Below, piece after piece: positions 19,081 through 28,807 of a DNA stretch of 64,000 nt. This stretch comes from an uncultured virus (IMG/VR IMGVR_UViG_3300021425_000028) (Duplodnaviria > Heunggongvirae > Uroviricota > Caudoviricetes). The notes beneath the pieces were generated by a model. It saw only the letters and a program-made list of their open reading frames with translations. It was not told the origin of the DNA and searched no databases. The position numbers were made by a program, and so were the translations under genes. Each line of letters opens with the position of its first letter. Positions within the stretch are counted from its first letter, which is position 1. The stretch is taken from IMG/VR virus record IMGVR_UViG_3300021425_000028; one strand, given 5' to 3'.

Positions 19081-19878
19081 TTAAATTTCTTCCATTTCAC
19101 GCTCCATAAAATAGGCCTCAATAGCCAACTTTCTACATTCAGAAACCAATATATCAGGAAGCTTTGTCTTGGGGTTGTCCACGAATATTGAATCAAACGT
19201 TAAGCTTTCAATAGCATCTTTATTCAATCGATAAAGAGTTCCAGAAATGGCTCGTTGAACTTGAAGTGACTTAAGGTTTTCCAATACGATTGGAATAGCA
19301 GTTTGAATATGACCCCAATAATCATCTTGGGTCAATTTAATCTTTCCCGTTTCTAGCGCAAGTTCATATGCTGGTGAGTATCCTGCAAATAGATCTACCC
19401 CATTTCCATTCTTGAATTTACTCCAGGATTTATAGAACGACTCTAGCACTCTTTCTTTTTCTTCCATTGATAATTCTTTTGGTGGTTTTTCATTGCTTCT
19501 GATCCGTTTAGAAACAGTGCTACGATCATTTTGAACGTATAGTTTCAATGCTCTAATTAGCTTTGCGCCAGAAAAGTGTTTTACTTCATCGTCAGAGTAT
19601 TTCGCCCAATTTTTCACAGCCTCTTCTACCTCCATTATGTGAAGGAATTTGTATTGCTCTGTGACGGCATCTTTTAGTGCTTTTGCGCCAGCTTCTAATA
19701 CCGGCCTAGAAGCACTTCTTTGCCCTATAATGTCGCAAACATCTAGGCATAACTCATATAATCGAGTATTTAACTCAGATTCATCCATTTTACTAGCCCA
19801 TTGTTTATGGACTATAGCTAATGATAATGCTTCTGGAAGAGAGTTTGGTTCGGTGATTTTGGATAATTTATTTTCCAT
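19081..19878 (-). CDS. Replication-associated protein (helicase-loader position)
   Basis: Directly downstream of the initiator-like gene; position only. Confidence 0.4.
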   Translation of the reverse strand: MENKLSKITEPNSLPEALSLAIVHKQWASKMDESELNTRLYELCLDVCDIIGQRSASRPVLEAGAKALKDAVTEQYKFLHIMEVEEAVKNWAKYSDDEVKHFSGAKLIRALKLYVQNDRSTVSKRIRSNEKPPKELSMEEKERVLESFYKSWSKFKNGNGVDLFAGYSPAYELALETGKIKLTQDDYWGHIQTAIPIVLENLKSLQVQRAISGTLYRLNKDAIESLTFDSIFVDNPKTKLPDILVSECRKLAIEAYFMEREMEEI

Positions 19879-19879
19879 G

Positions 19880-20386
19880 TTATTGTCGCATTGAGTTTCG
19901 TAGATCAGAAATGTTTACCATCTCATTGTCAGATCCATTCTGTTTGTTGAATCGCTTTTCATTTTTAAGGAATGTTCCTAATCTCCTTCCAATATTAAAA
20001 GAAGTTTGCTTCTCAAATCTCATTTGACGATCATTTTCACCATGTTCAGTCCAATACTCATAGAAATTACGAAGTAGTTCAGAGTCATATTGATCTACAT
20101 ATGGTCTAAGTGAGTCGTAGAATTTAGACTTTGCTTTTTCTCGTCTTTCTATAAACGACTGTTTTATAGCAACTCCAGTCTCTTCTAACTTCTTGGTCAC
20201 TTTATTTGAGTTTGTTTGAAGCTGTTTGAACACCAATTGAATAACTGGGTCATTCAGCTGAGAGTCATCATTGTTTAATGAATAGTAAATCTCTTTGAGC
20301 AATTTCCCGGCCTGCTCATTAGTCAAAGCCTTAACTACATCTTCATCAGATTGTGATAAGGCAAAGTATGTTGTATTCTTAGACAT
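19880..20386 (-). CDS. Putative replication initiator (DUF6291-like N-terminus)
   Basis: LTNEQAGKLLK..Y and NFYEYWTE..MRFEKQTSF motifs. Confidence 0.6.
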   Translation of the reverse strand: MSKNTTYFALSQSDEDVVKALTNEQAGKLLKEIYYSLNNDDSQLNDPVIQLVFKQLQTNSNKVTKKLEETGVAIKQSFIERREKAKSKFYDSLRPYVDQYDSELLRNFYEYWTEHGENDRQMRFEKQTSFNIGRRLGTFLKNEKRFNKQNGSDNEMVNISDLRNSMRQ

Positions 20387-20391
20387 CGTAG

Positions 20392-20772
20392 TTATTTCAA
20401 ATAAAAATCAATTATTCTTTTTGCCTCATCAAAGCCTACTGCAAAACATGCTTTATACCCTCGTTCGTGAAGTAATTTATGAACTTTCTCTTGTTGCTCT
20501 AAATGTTCATTTTTTCGTAGCAAACCATCTTTTTTATAAATGACTGTACCCTGTGGCTTAAGCTCAAGAAATAATCCACTGCAAATTCCATTTCCTCGAT
20601 GCATTATCAATAAATCAGGCCAACCTTTTGATGGATTCTGATTACGTTTAAGATTTGTTGCTTGCCCTATGGTTAATTTTATGCCTGAAGGAGACACCAT
20701 AAATAATACCGAAGGATATTGAAGTCGTAAATAATCACAGATTTGATTTTGAAGTTTTTGTTCTGGTTTCAT
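20392..20772 (-). CDS. VRR-NUC nuclease (Holliday junction resolvase-like)
   Basis: E-x-x-L-Q, G-W-P-D-L, L-F-L-E-L-K and G-Y-K-A motifs; start taken at MKPEQK. Confidence 0.8.
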   Translation of the reverse strand: MKPEQKLQNQICDYLRLQYPSVLFMVSPSGIKLTIGQATNLKRNQNPSKGWPDLLIMHRGNGICSGLFLELKPQGTVIYKKDGLLRKNEHLEQQEKVHKLLHERGYKACFAVGFDEAKRIIDFYLK

Positions 20773-20915
20773 AAAATTAGAGCAGGAAACACACTCATCG
20801 CCTTTTGGTGTGGGTGCGAGGAATGCGACTGCCACGCTTTAAAATGTTTGACAAACCTAGTAATTATTTTCTGATGTTTTAATTGTATATTGATAATATT
20901 ATTTAATTTTGCAAT

Positions 20916-21413
20916 ATGATTAAACAAAAATGTAGTATTTGCGGAAAGGTTGGACATAAAAAATCCTTTCATTATAAAAGTAAAAAATGTCCTATATGTA
21001 ATATTGTAAAGCCAATTGAGGACTTTTACAAAGGAAAAAAATACTATTACAGCAATTGTAAAAAGTGCAACAATGCAATGTCTCGTGATTATTATACCAA
21101 AACCGTTGAAGGTAGAATGCGGAAAATATTTAATGCCGCTAAATCCAGAAGTTTGAAAGACAACATTCCGTTTGATATTACAATTGAGTTTGTTTTTGAT
21201 TTGTTCAGAAAGCAAGAAGCTAAATGTTTTTATTCTGGTATTGAAATGACTTCTAAAATAGGTCGAACAGGAATAAGCATAGACAAGAAAACACCTAATA
21301 TTGGATATACAAAGGATAATACAGTTCTGACTACTTGGCTTGTCAATAATATGAAACGAGATTTGACCGAGCAACAGTTTAAAGAAATGTGTAAACTTAT
21401 TGCAAATAAATAA
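20916..21413 (+). CDS. Zn-finger HNH-like homing endonuclease
   Basis: CxxC pairs; C-F-Y-S-G..S-I-D..G-Y-T-K-D-N..N-N-M-K; inverted relative to neighbours; TAATTTTG at 20904-20911. Confidence 0.75.
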   Translation: MIKQKCSICGKVGHKKSFHYKSKKCPICNIVKPIEDFYKGKKYYYSNCKKCNNAMSRDYYTKTVEGRMRKIFNAAKSRSLKDNIPFDITIEFVFDLFRKQEAKCFYSGIEMTSKIGRTGISIDKKTPNIGYTKDNTVLTTWLVNNMKRDLTEQQFKEMCKLIANK

Positions 21414-21492
21414 AAGCCGAGCATATTGTACTATCAAGTGCATTCGTTCTTAGGTTTAAAGCCCATCACATCGCTTTGCGTGGGTCGGTATT

Positions 21493-21966
21493 TTACTGTT
21501 CGTCTAGTTTATAATTTTCAAGCACAAAGAATGGTGAGTAATTCATAATCTTATTTAGAGGATGGTATTTCACAAATGCAGCTTCCTTGGCAACATCTGA
21601 CCAATTCCATTTACTTTTTGGTGGGTTTGTCCCATAATGATCTTCGTCTATACTGAAAGGTCTGCTACGCAAAGGGTCTCTTCTATTTTCAATCATTGGA
21701 TAGTATTTCAACTCCTCTAACCTTAGTCTTGTATTTTCGGTTTGATTTAAAATACTCCATTTTTCGCGCTCACTTGAGACTCTATACACTGGTTCAACCC
21801 TAGAATTTCCAGCATAAGGATTCTCTCTAACAACCAGGGCGGCTTGTAGTAGTGAGCCGCACGCTCCGACTACTTGCTTATAGGTAAGGCCAGTCTCCTC
21901 TACAATCCTTTGTCGATTGAAATGTCCTTCCTTAATGGCTTTTAATACCCTTTCACGATTATTCAT
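21493..21966 (-). CDS. Winged-HTH protein
   Basis: RVLKAIKEG..RQRIVEETGLTYKQV. Confidence 0.5.
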   Translation of the reverse strand: MNNRERVLKAIKEGHFNRQRIVEETGLTYKQVVGACGSLLQAALVVRENPYAGNSRVEPVYRVSSEREKWSILNQTENTRLRLEELKYYPMIENRRDPLRSRPFSIDEDHYGTNPPKSKWNWSDVAKEAAFVKYHPLNKIMNYSPFFVLENYKLDEQ

Positions 21967-22343
21967 AGATATGAGCCTAAGTTGAATAAAACAGACGAGT
22001 CTAATTTGTTTTCCCACTTGTGAAGGAAGTTTCTGATGTCCGACTTAAACTTGAAGTCAGCCCTTTCTTTTCTAAGGTCAAGTACATGATCAGGGTCAAC
22101 AGTTTGCCAAACTGTGTACCGGCCAACCTTCACCCCGCTATCAATAATTAGTCCTTCATCTTGAGGGTCAGTAAACCGCCCACTGATCACATTCTTCTCA
22201 ACCTTCATCATAAATGCTACATTCTTAAGAGTAGCTTCTATACCTGTGGCTTCAATTCTTTTAATGCAGTCGTATACCGATGCTATGCGCTCTGGAAGTT
22301 CTTTGATGATGTTACGGAACGCTGTTCTGCTTGCTTCACTCAT
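21963..22343 (-). CDS. Winged-HTH protein
   Basis: ATLKNVA..KNVISGRFT..GLI motif. Confidence 0.5.
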   Translation of the reverse strand: MSEASRTAFRNIIKELPERIASVYDCIKRIEATGIEATLKNVAFMMKVEKNVISGRFTDPQDEGLIIDSGVKVGRYTVWQTVDPDHVLDLRKERADFKFKSDIRNFLHKWENKLDSSVLFNLGSYL

Positions 22344-23011
22344 GGCGTAAGTTTTATGATTTTGCATTCTTCTTCAATTATCATTATTGGCATTAGCAAC
22401 ACATCTGTAGTTCCTATTTTAAAATAGGATGGAGAGGTCATTGTGTCTTGACGATACAAAGTGATGGATGTTACGGCAAGCTTATCAGCTATATCTATAA
22501 GAACGGAAGTATACTTTGCGCTAAAGAAAGACTTGTCTATTTTGAAAGCGCAAATTGGGTCAATTTCCTTTTTCCCATTTGGTTTAGAGCTTCTCGTTCC
22601 TATTGTACCCTCTCCCTCGCAAACTGGGCATTCATGATCAAGCATATAGTCTCGAAGATCATGGCTAAATTCATACTCAACTTCTCCTTCTCCACAACAA
22701 GCACTGCACTCTTTTTCTACCTCATCATAGCAGTCTATTAAGGGTGCAGATTCGACAATAGACTTCATATCTGAAACAGTTATTTGGATGTCTATATTGG
22801 CTTCTTTTGGAAATATAGGTCTAATTTTTTCGTTCATGACTGGCGCTCCATCTATGAACTCAGGAAAGGCAATCATCATATTGCCATCAGTAGATAGTGT
22901 TTTGCCGTTAGCAGAGAAAGGATAATTCATCCAATTTTGATATTCGTTTACGCATGAATGCTCCTTAAGGATGTCGTACTGCCTTTGTTCTTTTGGTGTA
23001 AAATTTTCCAT
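22340..23011 (-). CDS. Phage protein with DnaJ-type Zn finger in a beta-clamp-like scaffold
   Basis: STDG motif, CxxCxGxG twice, C-terminal LLMP. Confidence 0.5.
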   Translation of the reverse strand: MENFTPKEQRQYDILKEHSCVNEYQNWMNYPFSANGKTLSTDGNMMIAFPEFIDGAPVMNEKIRPIFPKEANIDIQITVSDMKSIVESAPLIDCYDEVEKECSACCGEGEVEYEFSHDLRDYMLDHECPVCEGEGTIGTRSSKPNGKKEIDPICAFKIDKSFFSAKYTSVLIDIADKLAVTSITLYRQDTMTSPSYFKIGTTDVLLMPIMIIEEECKIIKLTP

Positions 23012-23176
23012 GATGTTCGTTTTAATTTGTTCTAGTTTGTATTTCACTTCTCACGGTATTACCGTTGTATCTAGCGCCATAACCACACGGTCTTTTGGCT
23101 CTCTTGAATTGGATGTTTTGACCCCTTATCTCAGCTTCCCATTTTTGTAGTTCGTCTTTGGTCATGGCGCTATAAT

Positions 23177-24115
23177 TTAACGTAAGTTGTAGCTGTAGTA
23201 AAGCGGAAGATCAAAGTCTATTACTCCATGAGCATTGTCACTTGATTCTCGGTAACCATTTACATCAGTATATGAAGCTATCTTACCTTCTTTGATGTCA
23301 TTGATAACCTTTGCAGCTCTAGAAATATAATACTTGAATGCGTCATAGATCATCTCTCGATCCTTTTCTTGGAATCGATATAGCTGCGCATTGTAAGGAG
23401 CAACTTTCTCAACTACCAACCAATAGTAGTCATCTACCTTGTCTATATACCCTGACTGCTCAACTCCTTCTATTTGCATAGTAGCTTGCATAGGGTAATC
23501 TAGGTTTGCGGCCTTTCTAAAGAATGCTTGTGGAGATGCGTCAAGGTCTGTCTTGATGTCCACAATTACCTTCTGTCTGTTTACCGCTAAGTCAGGTCTT
23601 GTTTTGCAAAGCAGTCCTGTATCAGGATCTTGCCATACAAATGACTTTTGGTAGTCAGTCTTCTCCAATATCGCAGTGATCGTCTTGTCAGCCTTACATG
23701 AAGCAATCATTTCTTGAATTACTTCCCAGCTTTCAACTCCAACATCATCGATCAGGTATTTAGCATCATTCTCTTTTTCAAAAGCATCCTTTGCATCCTT
23801 ATAAGCTTTTGATGCCTTAACTGATTTCAGCTCTGGCTTCTCTTTTAAAGCATCCTCTGACCACTTCTCTGTCTGTCTGACGCCAATCATTGAGTCAATA
23901 TCGTTCGTGCCAGCAATCGCGTCTAATAAGGCCACCTCAAAAGCATTCCCAAAATCAAAATGTGACTTACGTTCTTGCTCTTTCGTTAAGTAGTATGCTA
24001 AATGTCTACTTGACTTCTTAGCTTCTTTAATCCCAGTTGAGGAGAGAATAGCTTTATTCTCATGGTAGTCCTCAATGGAAAGATCATCGTATATTCCTAT
24101 TTCTAAGTTTTTCAT
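23177..24115 (-). CDS. PD-(D/E)XK exonuclease, RecE/ExoVIII-like (DUF3799)
   Basis: YH..LSSTGIK, FGNAFE, CKTRPD..IVDIKT, Y..QA. Confidence 0.8.
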   Translation of the reverse strand: MKNLEIGIYDDLSIEDYHENKAILSSTGIKEAKKSSRHLAYYLTKEQERKSHFDFGNAFEVALLDAIAGTNDIDSMIGVRQTEKWSEDALKEKPELKSVKASKAYKDAKDAFEKENDAKYLIDDVGVESWEVIQEMIASCKADKTITAILEKTDYQKSFVWQDPDTGLLCKTRPDLAVNRQKVIVDIKTDLDASPQAFFRKAANLDYPMQATMQIEGVEQSGYIDKVDDYYWLVVEKVAPYNAQLYRFQEKDREMIYDAFKYYISRAAKVINDIKEGKIASYTDVNGYRESSDNAHGVIDFDLPLYYSYNLR

Positions 24116-24117
24116 GA

Positions 24118-24765
24118 TTACCCCTCCCCATTTACTAAGTTATCCAATCCTTCATTTGCAACCTTTCTATCTTCTCTGTAAGTGTCTATTACTGAGATGA
24201 TTTCATTATCATCAGCATTGATGGTCGCGCCAAAAATGTTACCCAATTGCTTTGCAGCATTGTTTACTGCAAAAGACTTAGCTGCTGGTATGTTCTTGTG
24301 CAGCGCCATAGGATTAATCCTCTCAAAATCTAGTGCGTGTCTAGCGCCATCAGGGTTTGGAATCTTACCCTTATTACCTTTTTCATCTACGCCCCACATT
24401 TCTTTGGCCGCAAGCTGTACAGGAACAGCGCCAATTCCGGCATACGATAACCACTCCTTTAAAATCGGATGGTATACCTTAAGATGAACAGAGCAAACCA
24501 CGCTATTACCTATGATTGATGGTGGGGCTGCAAACTCTATTTGGTATGCGCCAAACACCGTCCTTAATAGCTGCTCAATGATTCGAATAGGAATGTAATT
24601 CACTCCATTATTCTTCTTGATCCACTGAGGCAATGGTTGCTTTTGAAATTTCACGTTGAAGTCGTATAAAGCTTTATTCTTGACTACATCGATCTCCTTG
24701 CCAATGTAGTTTGCAATTTCAGTATTGCTGTCTTTCTCTTCTTTTTTTGCGAGTTCTTTACTCAT
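24118..24765 (-). CDS. Single-strand annealing protein (Sak/Rad52-like)
   Basis: [33 protein letters not shown]; paired with the exonuclease. Confidence 0.65.
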   Translation of the reverse strand: MSKELAKKEEKDSNTEIANYIGKEIDVVKNKALYDFNVKFQKQPLPQWIKKNNGVNYIPIRIIEQLLRTVFGAYQIEFAAPPSIIGNSVVCSVHLKVYHPILKEWLSYAGIGAVPVQLAAKEMWGVDEKGNKGKIPNPDGARHALDFERINPMALHKNIPAAKSFAVNNAAKQLGNIFGATINADDNEIISVIDTYREDRKVANEGLDNLVNGEG

Positions 24766-25331
24766 GATTTCTTGTCTTTATTAGTTTGTGACTTACATAG
24801 TGAAAAATATTCAATGTGCCTTGATCTAGTATCAAGCAGTTCCCCAACCGAAAATTTTCCTATGCTTTTTGTTGCCCGATACATAAACCTTTCTTGGTCG
24901 TATTTTATAAATCTGTGTAGGATGTTATGGTCTTCCGTTGAAAGAGGTATGACATCCTTGTAGTGTTCCTTGTTATAAGACCAATGATGCTTTTCCATTC
25001 CCTTAAATAAAATGTTTGAGGATTTGTTTTTTGCGGCTAATTTTTCAGGATACCTTTCATAATAAGCGTTATTGGTTTTTCGCTTCATTTCAGGTGTTGC
25101 CTTATGCTTGGTTTTATATTCAAGTCGATGATGCTTTTCTCGATGCCTGGCTTTTTCTTTTTCTACCCAATCAGGATCTTTACTTAACTCAACCTCACGG
25201 GTTCTTACATCTTTTTTAGCACAGGATTTACACTTATTTAAACGCCCATCTGCCATTCCTTTATGTTTGTAATAATCGGAGAGCGGTTTATTAACCTTGC
25301 ATTTAAAACATATTTTATGATTCATAATCAA
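24762..25331 (-). CDS. Zn-finger HNH-like endonuclease
   Basis: CFKC..CKSC and HHWSY..L..H..LH motifs. Confidence 0.65.
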   Translation of the reverse strand: MIMNHKICFKCKVNKPLSDYYKHKGMADGRLNKCKSCAKKDVRTREVELSKDPDWVEKEKARHREKHHRLEYKTKHKATPEMKRKTNNAYYERYPEKLAAKNKSSNILFKGMEKHHWSYNKEHYKDVIPLSTEDHNILHRFIKYDQERFMYRATKSIGKFSVGELLDTRSRHIEYFSLCKSQTNKDKKS

Positions 25332-25368
25332 TATTTATTACAAAGGTAGTTAAAATGTTACTGTCATT

Positions 25369-25728
25369 CTAAAAAGGCAAACTATCTTCGTCATCCGCAC
25401 TTGGTTCGGCTGGTGCTGAAGCTGGAGATTGATAAGTTGGCTCTCCAGTTTGACTTTGCGCTCCTTGTCCAGAAGCATTTATTTTCCATCCCTCAAGGTT
25501 CACATAATACTTTCTGTTGTATTCGTTTCCTCTCAGGTTGTAGCTGATTTCTACATCATCTCCAACACTTAAACTATTGAGCATTGCAGTCTTATCCTTT
25601 ACAAACTCTAGCTTAATATCTTGAGGATACTTCTCATCAGTTGTAACTACAACTCCTTGTTTATAAAATCCGCTGGAGAATGTCTCTAGGTCTAAGATGA
25701 CCTTTACTTTTCCTTTTACTGAACTCAT
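25369..25728 (-). CDS. DUF3127 OB-fold protein (SSB-like)
   Basis: F-x-K..Y-P-Q..V-G-D..R-G-x-E-Y..G-W-K-I; acidic tail DSLPF. Confidence 0.85.
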   Translation of the reverse strand: MSSVKGKVKVILDLETFSSGFYKQGVVVTTDEKYPQDIKLEFVKDKTAMLNSLSVGDDVEISYNLRGNEYNRKYYVNLEGWKINASGQGAQSQTGEPTYQSPASAPAEPSADDEDSLPF

Positions 25729-25733
25729 CGTTA

Positions 25734-26711
25734 TTATTGATTTATGTAATTAATCACTTTGTCGAGTAAGGTGCTTACATCAGAATACATCTTGATGTTT
25801 TTAGCAGACTTGAACTCGTACTTTGATTTGAGTTTTGTTAGGTCAGCAATCAGGTCTTGTACTTTTTCAGAATCACCCTTGCTTAACTCTAATTGATTTC
25901 TTTCTTCAGCCTCACGAATCTCTTCTTCTTCAGCTTGTTTTTTGGCTTTTAATTCAGCTTCTAATTTAGCCTTTTTTTCCTTCTCAGCCTTAATTTCAGC
26001 TTCTAGTTTGGCCTTTTCTTTGGCTGCTTTTTCTTCAGCTTTCTTACGTTCAGCAGCGGCTTGCTCCAATTCTAGTTTTCTAGCCTTTTGATCTTCTTCG
26101 TATTGCTTTCTCAGAGCCTCATTTTCTTTGGCTATTCTGATTCTTTCTTCTTGTTCAGCTTTCTCAGCAGCAATTTGCTCCTCTTCAGCCTTTTTCTCAG
26201 CAGCCTTTTTAGCCTTAAACTTCTCTTTGGCCAAACTCTCATAGGCTTCGTAGACATCATCTTGCATACTACCTAGATCGGTAGGAATATTCTCAACCTC
26301 AAGCTTAAGAAGCGCATTTGCTCTTTCGTTTTGAAGTTTGGCTATTCGCTCTGCTTCAATTCTTTCGAAGTAGGTTTCATTCTCCTGGAGATTAGCCTCC
26401 ATTCGAGCATTCACTTCAACCTCTTTCCTCTTGATGGCATCAACGAATTGACCACCTCTTAAGTAGAACTCTTTGTTGGTTTTGTGCCAAGCTTCAATAC
26501 CTTTTGTTCTGTTGTCACGAATTTTCAATCGCAGCTCTTTAAACTTCGGTATGTTCTCCTCCTCAATAGGGAGCATTATCACTTTGGAATACATCTTAGA
26601 AAGTTCTTCTCTTTCACTAAGGATCTGATCCATTCCACTTGTGATTTGTTGTGCTTGAAGTTCGTCTAATCCAAATTCAGATGGGACAATTGTTGCTAGT
26701 TCAGTTTTCAT
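25734..26711 (-). CDS. Coiled-coil protein (DUF1351-like)
   Basis: Long Glu/Lys/Ala coiled coil in the recombination module. Confidence 0.5.
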   Translation of the reverse strand: MKTELATIVPSEFGLDELQAQQITSGMDQILSEREELSKMYSKVIMLPIEEENIPKFKELRLKIRDNRTKGIEAWHKTNKEFYLRGGQFVDAIKRKEVEVNARMEANLQENETYFERIEAERIAKLQNERANALLKLEVENIPTDLGSMQDDVYEAYESLAKEKFKAKKAAEKKAEEEQIAAEKAEQEERIRIAKENEALRKQYEEDQKARKLELEQAAAERKKAEEKAAKEKAKLEAEIKAEKEKKAKLEAELKAKKQAEEEEIREAEERNQLELSKGDSEKVQDLIADLTKLKSKYEFKSAKNIKMYSDVSTLLDKVINYINQ

Positions 26712-26713
26712 TA

Positions 26714-27662
26714 CTATTTGATTTTTGATTTTAAATTTTTGATTTTCTCTTGTAGCTTTTCAGCTTCGTAAGCATATTCGCTTGCTTTGTCTAGGTAGGC
26801 GTCTCGTTGCTCAATCATCTCAGCTTTTCCAGCTTTTTTTGAAATGTCACTAAATGTCTTAGTCAGCTTTACATATGACTCTAATTCGATTAAGCAGAAA
26901 ATGATTTGCTTCTTGATTTGTTCTTGCTCTAGGTTGCTCATGATTACGATGCTTTTTTAATTAGCTCCCAAGTCCACTTTAAGTAGGTGTTGTCTGTTGA
27001 GTCAACTTTTCTGTAACCTCCTCTATGGTGAATTACAAGTCCTTGAGATAGGATAACCTTTAACTTACCCGACCAAGAATCACTACTTATATTAATTTGA
27101 TCACCTGTATTATAATCTTCTTCGAGTATAAAAGCAGGGCGAGTTACTTTTACTGTATCTCCAACGTGAATAGGATTGCCGTTTTTGTCGTTTCGGATGA
27201 ATAATCCTTGACATAGCTTTGTATTCTTCATGACTACTTGAATGTTACAGTTTTAAGGATGGCTGTTTGAAGATCATCTCTAAACTTCTCAGAAATCTTA
27301 ACCAGCTTCCAATTTGCTTCAGGGTCACTGAGCTTTATGCGTTTTGATGGGATGTCAACAACAATACTATATGGAGGCATCGTTGAAGTTGCGGCAGAAC
27401 CACTATAAAGCCACTTCCATTTAGAGAATATAATCTCGCAGTCAAACTCTAATCGATGCATAAGGTCATACGAATCGATTCTTAATCGACCAATTAACGG
27501 CTGCCTTGGCGTCACATCATCTTCAGTAGTTTCTATTACTAAAGGGTGGAAGCATTTTCGATCATGCTCTATGAACCAATAATCACTTTTTGAAGACTTT
27601 TTTATGATCGATTCGATCAACCTTGTATCTTCGCTTTTAAATAAGTCTGAAAAATTTAGCAT
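26714..27662 (-). other. Three hypothetical genes (26714-26941, 26944-27231 YopX-like, 27234-27662)
   Basis: Tightly packed co-oriented ORFs; DKNGNPIHVGD motif in the middle one. Confidence 0.5.
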
Positions 27663-27720
27663 TTTCGTATAGTTTGTGTTTGTTTAGTTTGAGCCTCCTA
27701 TCCCTTGGGAGGCTTTTTTA

Positions 27721-27933
27721 TTAGAAATAACTCTTCTTGTCTAAGACTTTCAGTCTTTCAACTTCCGCGTAGTAGTCATTAACTATTTCTGCTTCTGTCT
27801 CAGTAAACCCCACATGACCAGCCAGCCTATTTTCTAGTGCCGCTGCTGAAATTCTGAGTCGTGTATATAGGAACATCTTTGATAAGTAGATTCCTATCTC
27901 GTTTGCCTTTAATCTTGTTGCCAGTTTGCTCAT
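27721..27933 (-). CDS. Cro-like HTH protein
   Basis: 70 aa; L-x-I-S-x-x-x-L-x-N-R-L-x-G..F-T-x-x-E; divergent AT-rich promoter region upstream. Confidence 0.5.
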   Translation of the reverse strand: MSKLATRLKANEIGIYLSKMFLYTRLRISAAALENRLAGHVGFTETEAEIVNDYYAEVERLKVLDKKSYF

Positions 27934-28044
27934 GGTTTTAAATTTATTTCAACGAATGTAATGAAATATTTTTACACGCAACAAAGAAAATTATTTTTAT
28001 TTTATTGAAATTAATTTATACATTTGGCGAAACAAACACAGAAC

Positions 28045-28344
28045 ATGAAAACTAAAAGACCAGACCTTCCGAGTGACTTATTAGAAGAAGTCAATCAGTT
28101 TGTAAACGACAAGGATTATAAAACACAAGTTGTCTATGAAGATGATGGATTTAAGGTGTTTGTCTCGTTTCCAAACAGATGCCGTTGCTCATTTGAGTCT
28201 CTATATGAAGTGCTTGGGCGTGAAACAGAAACGGGAGCGCCAAATAGGTTTGATTATACCGAGTACGAAACTACAGGAGGTGAAATAGAATTAGATGGTG
28301 TCGTTTACGATGATGCTATTGAGTTTGAACATATTGATTGGTGA
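28045..28344 (+). CDS. Acidic hypothetical protein
   Basis: Divergent gene with TACATTTG promoter element near 28019. Confidence 0.5.
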   Translation: MKTKRPDLPSDLLEEVNQFVNDKDYKTQVVYEDDGFKVFVSFPNRCRCSFESLYEVLGRETETGAPNRFDYTEYETTGGEIELDGVVYDDAIEFEHIDW

Positions 28345-28427
28345 TGAGCGATAAATTAATATACAACGGCAAACCTCCTTGCTGCGATTCATGTGGTCAA
28401 GAAATGAGGTTAGACAAAGTGGTTCGA

Positions 28428-28610
28428 TCAGGAACGAAACAAGCATCTGGAAAGACTAGATCGTATAGGATAAGAAGGTTTACGTGTGATGTGGTTTTGC
28501 CTACATATAAACTCTAGTCCATTAGCAGAATTTGCGATTTCAAATAATATCTTATCAATCAGCTCATCTGTTCTTTTTGATGGTGACCCTACTCTGTTGA
28601 TCTTTTCCAT
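28428..28610 (-). pseudogene. Truncated Sf6-type terminase small subunit-like HTH
   Basis: GSPSKRTDELIDKILFEIANSANGLEFIC resembles the GRPSxYTxELxxxI..L..IC N-terminus; similarity then ends. Confidence 0.5.
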
Positions 28611-28807
28611 AATTCAAAGCTATATCGCAAAAATAAGAATCTATTCTGAATCTTTTGAGGCGTTGATTTTCATTCGTTTTATCTCTTGGAATAGTTCGTT
28701 GATTATTTGCTCGTGTTCGCTTAGTGGTGGTTCAGTAGGTGAGTCTATTTTACTTCTTACAATTGTCACCAATCCGCTAGGTCGGTTTATTACAATGAAT
28801 TTATCCA

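Noticed and set aside
20769..21443. 224-aa minus-strand ORF
   Set aside because: Shadow of the plus-strand HNH gene, with implausible composition.
20773..21492. Group I or group II intron around the HNH gene
   Set aside because: Intergenic location with intact flanking genes and no recognisable P7 or domain V motifs; kept only as an unclassified structured element.
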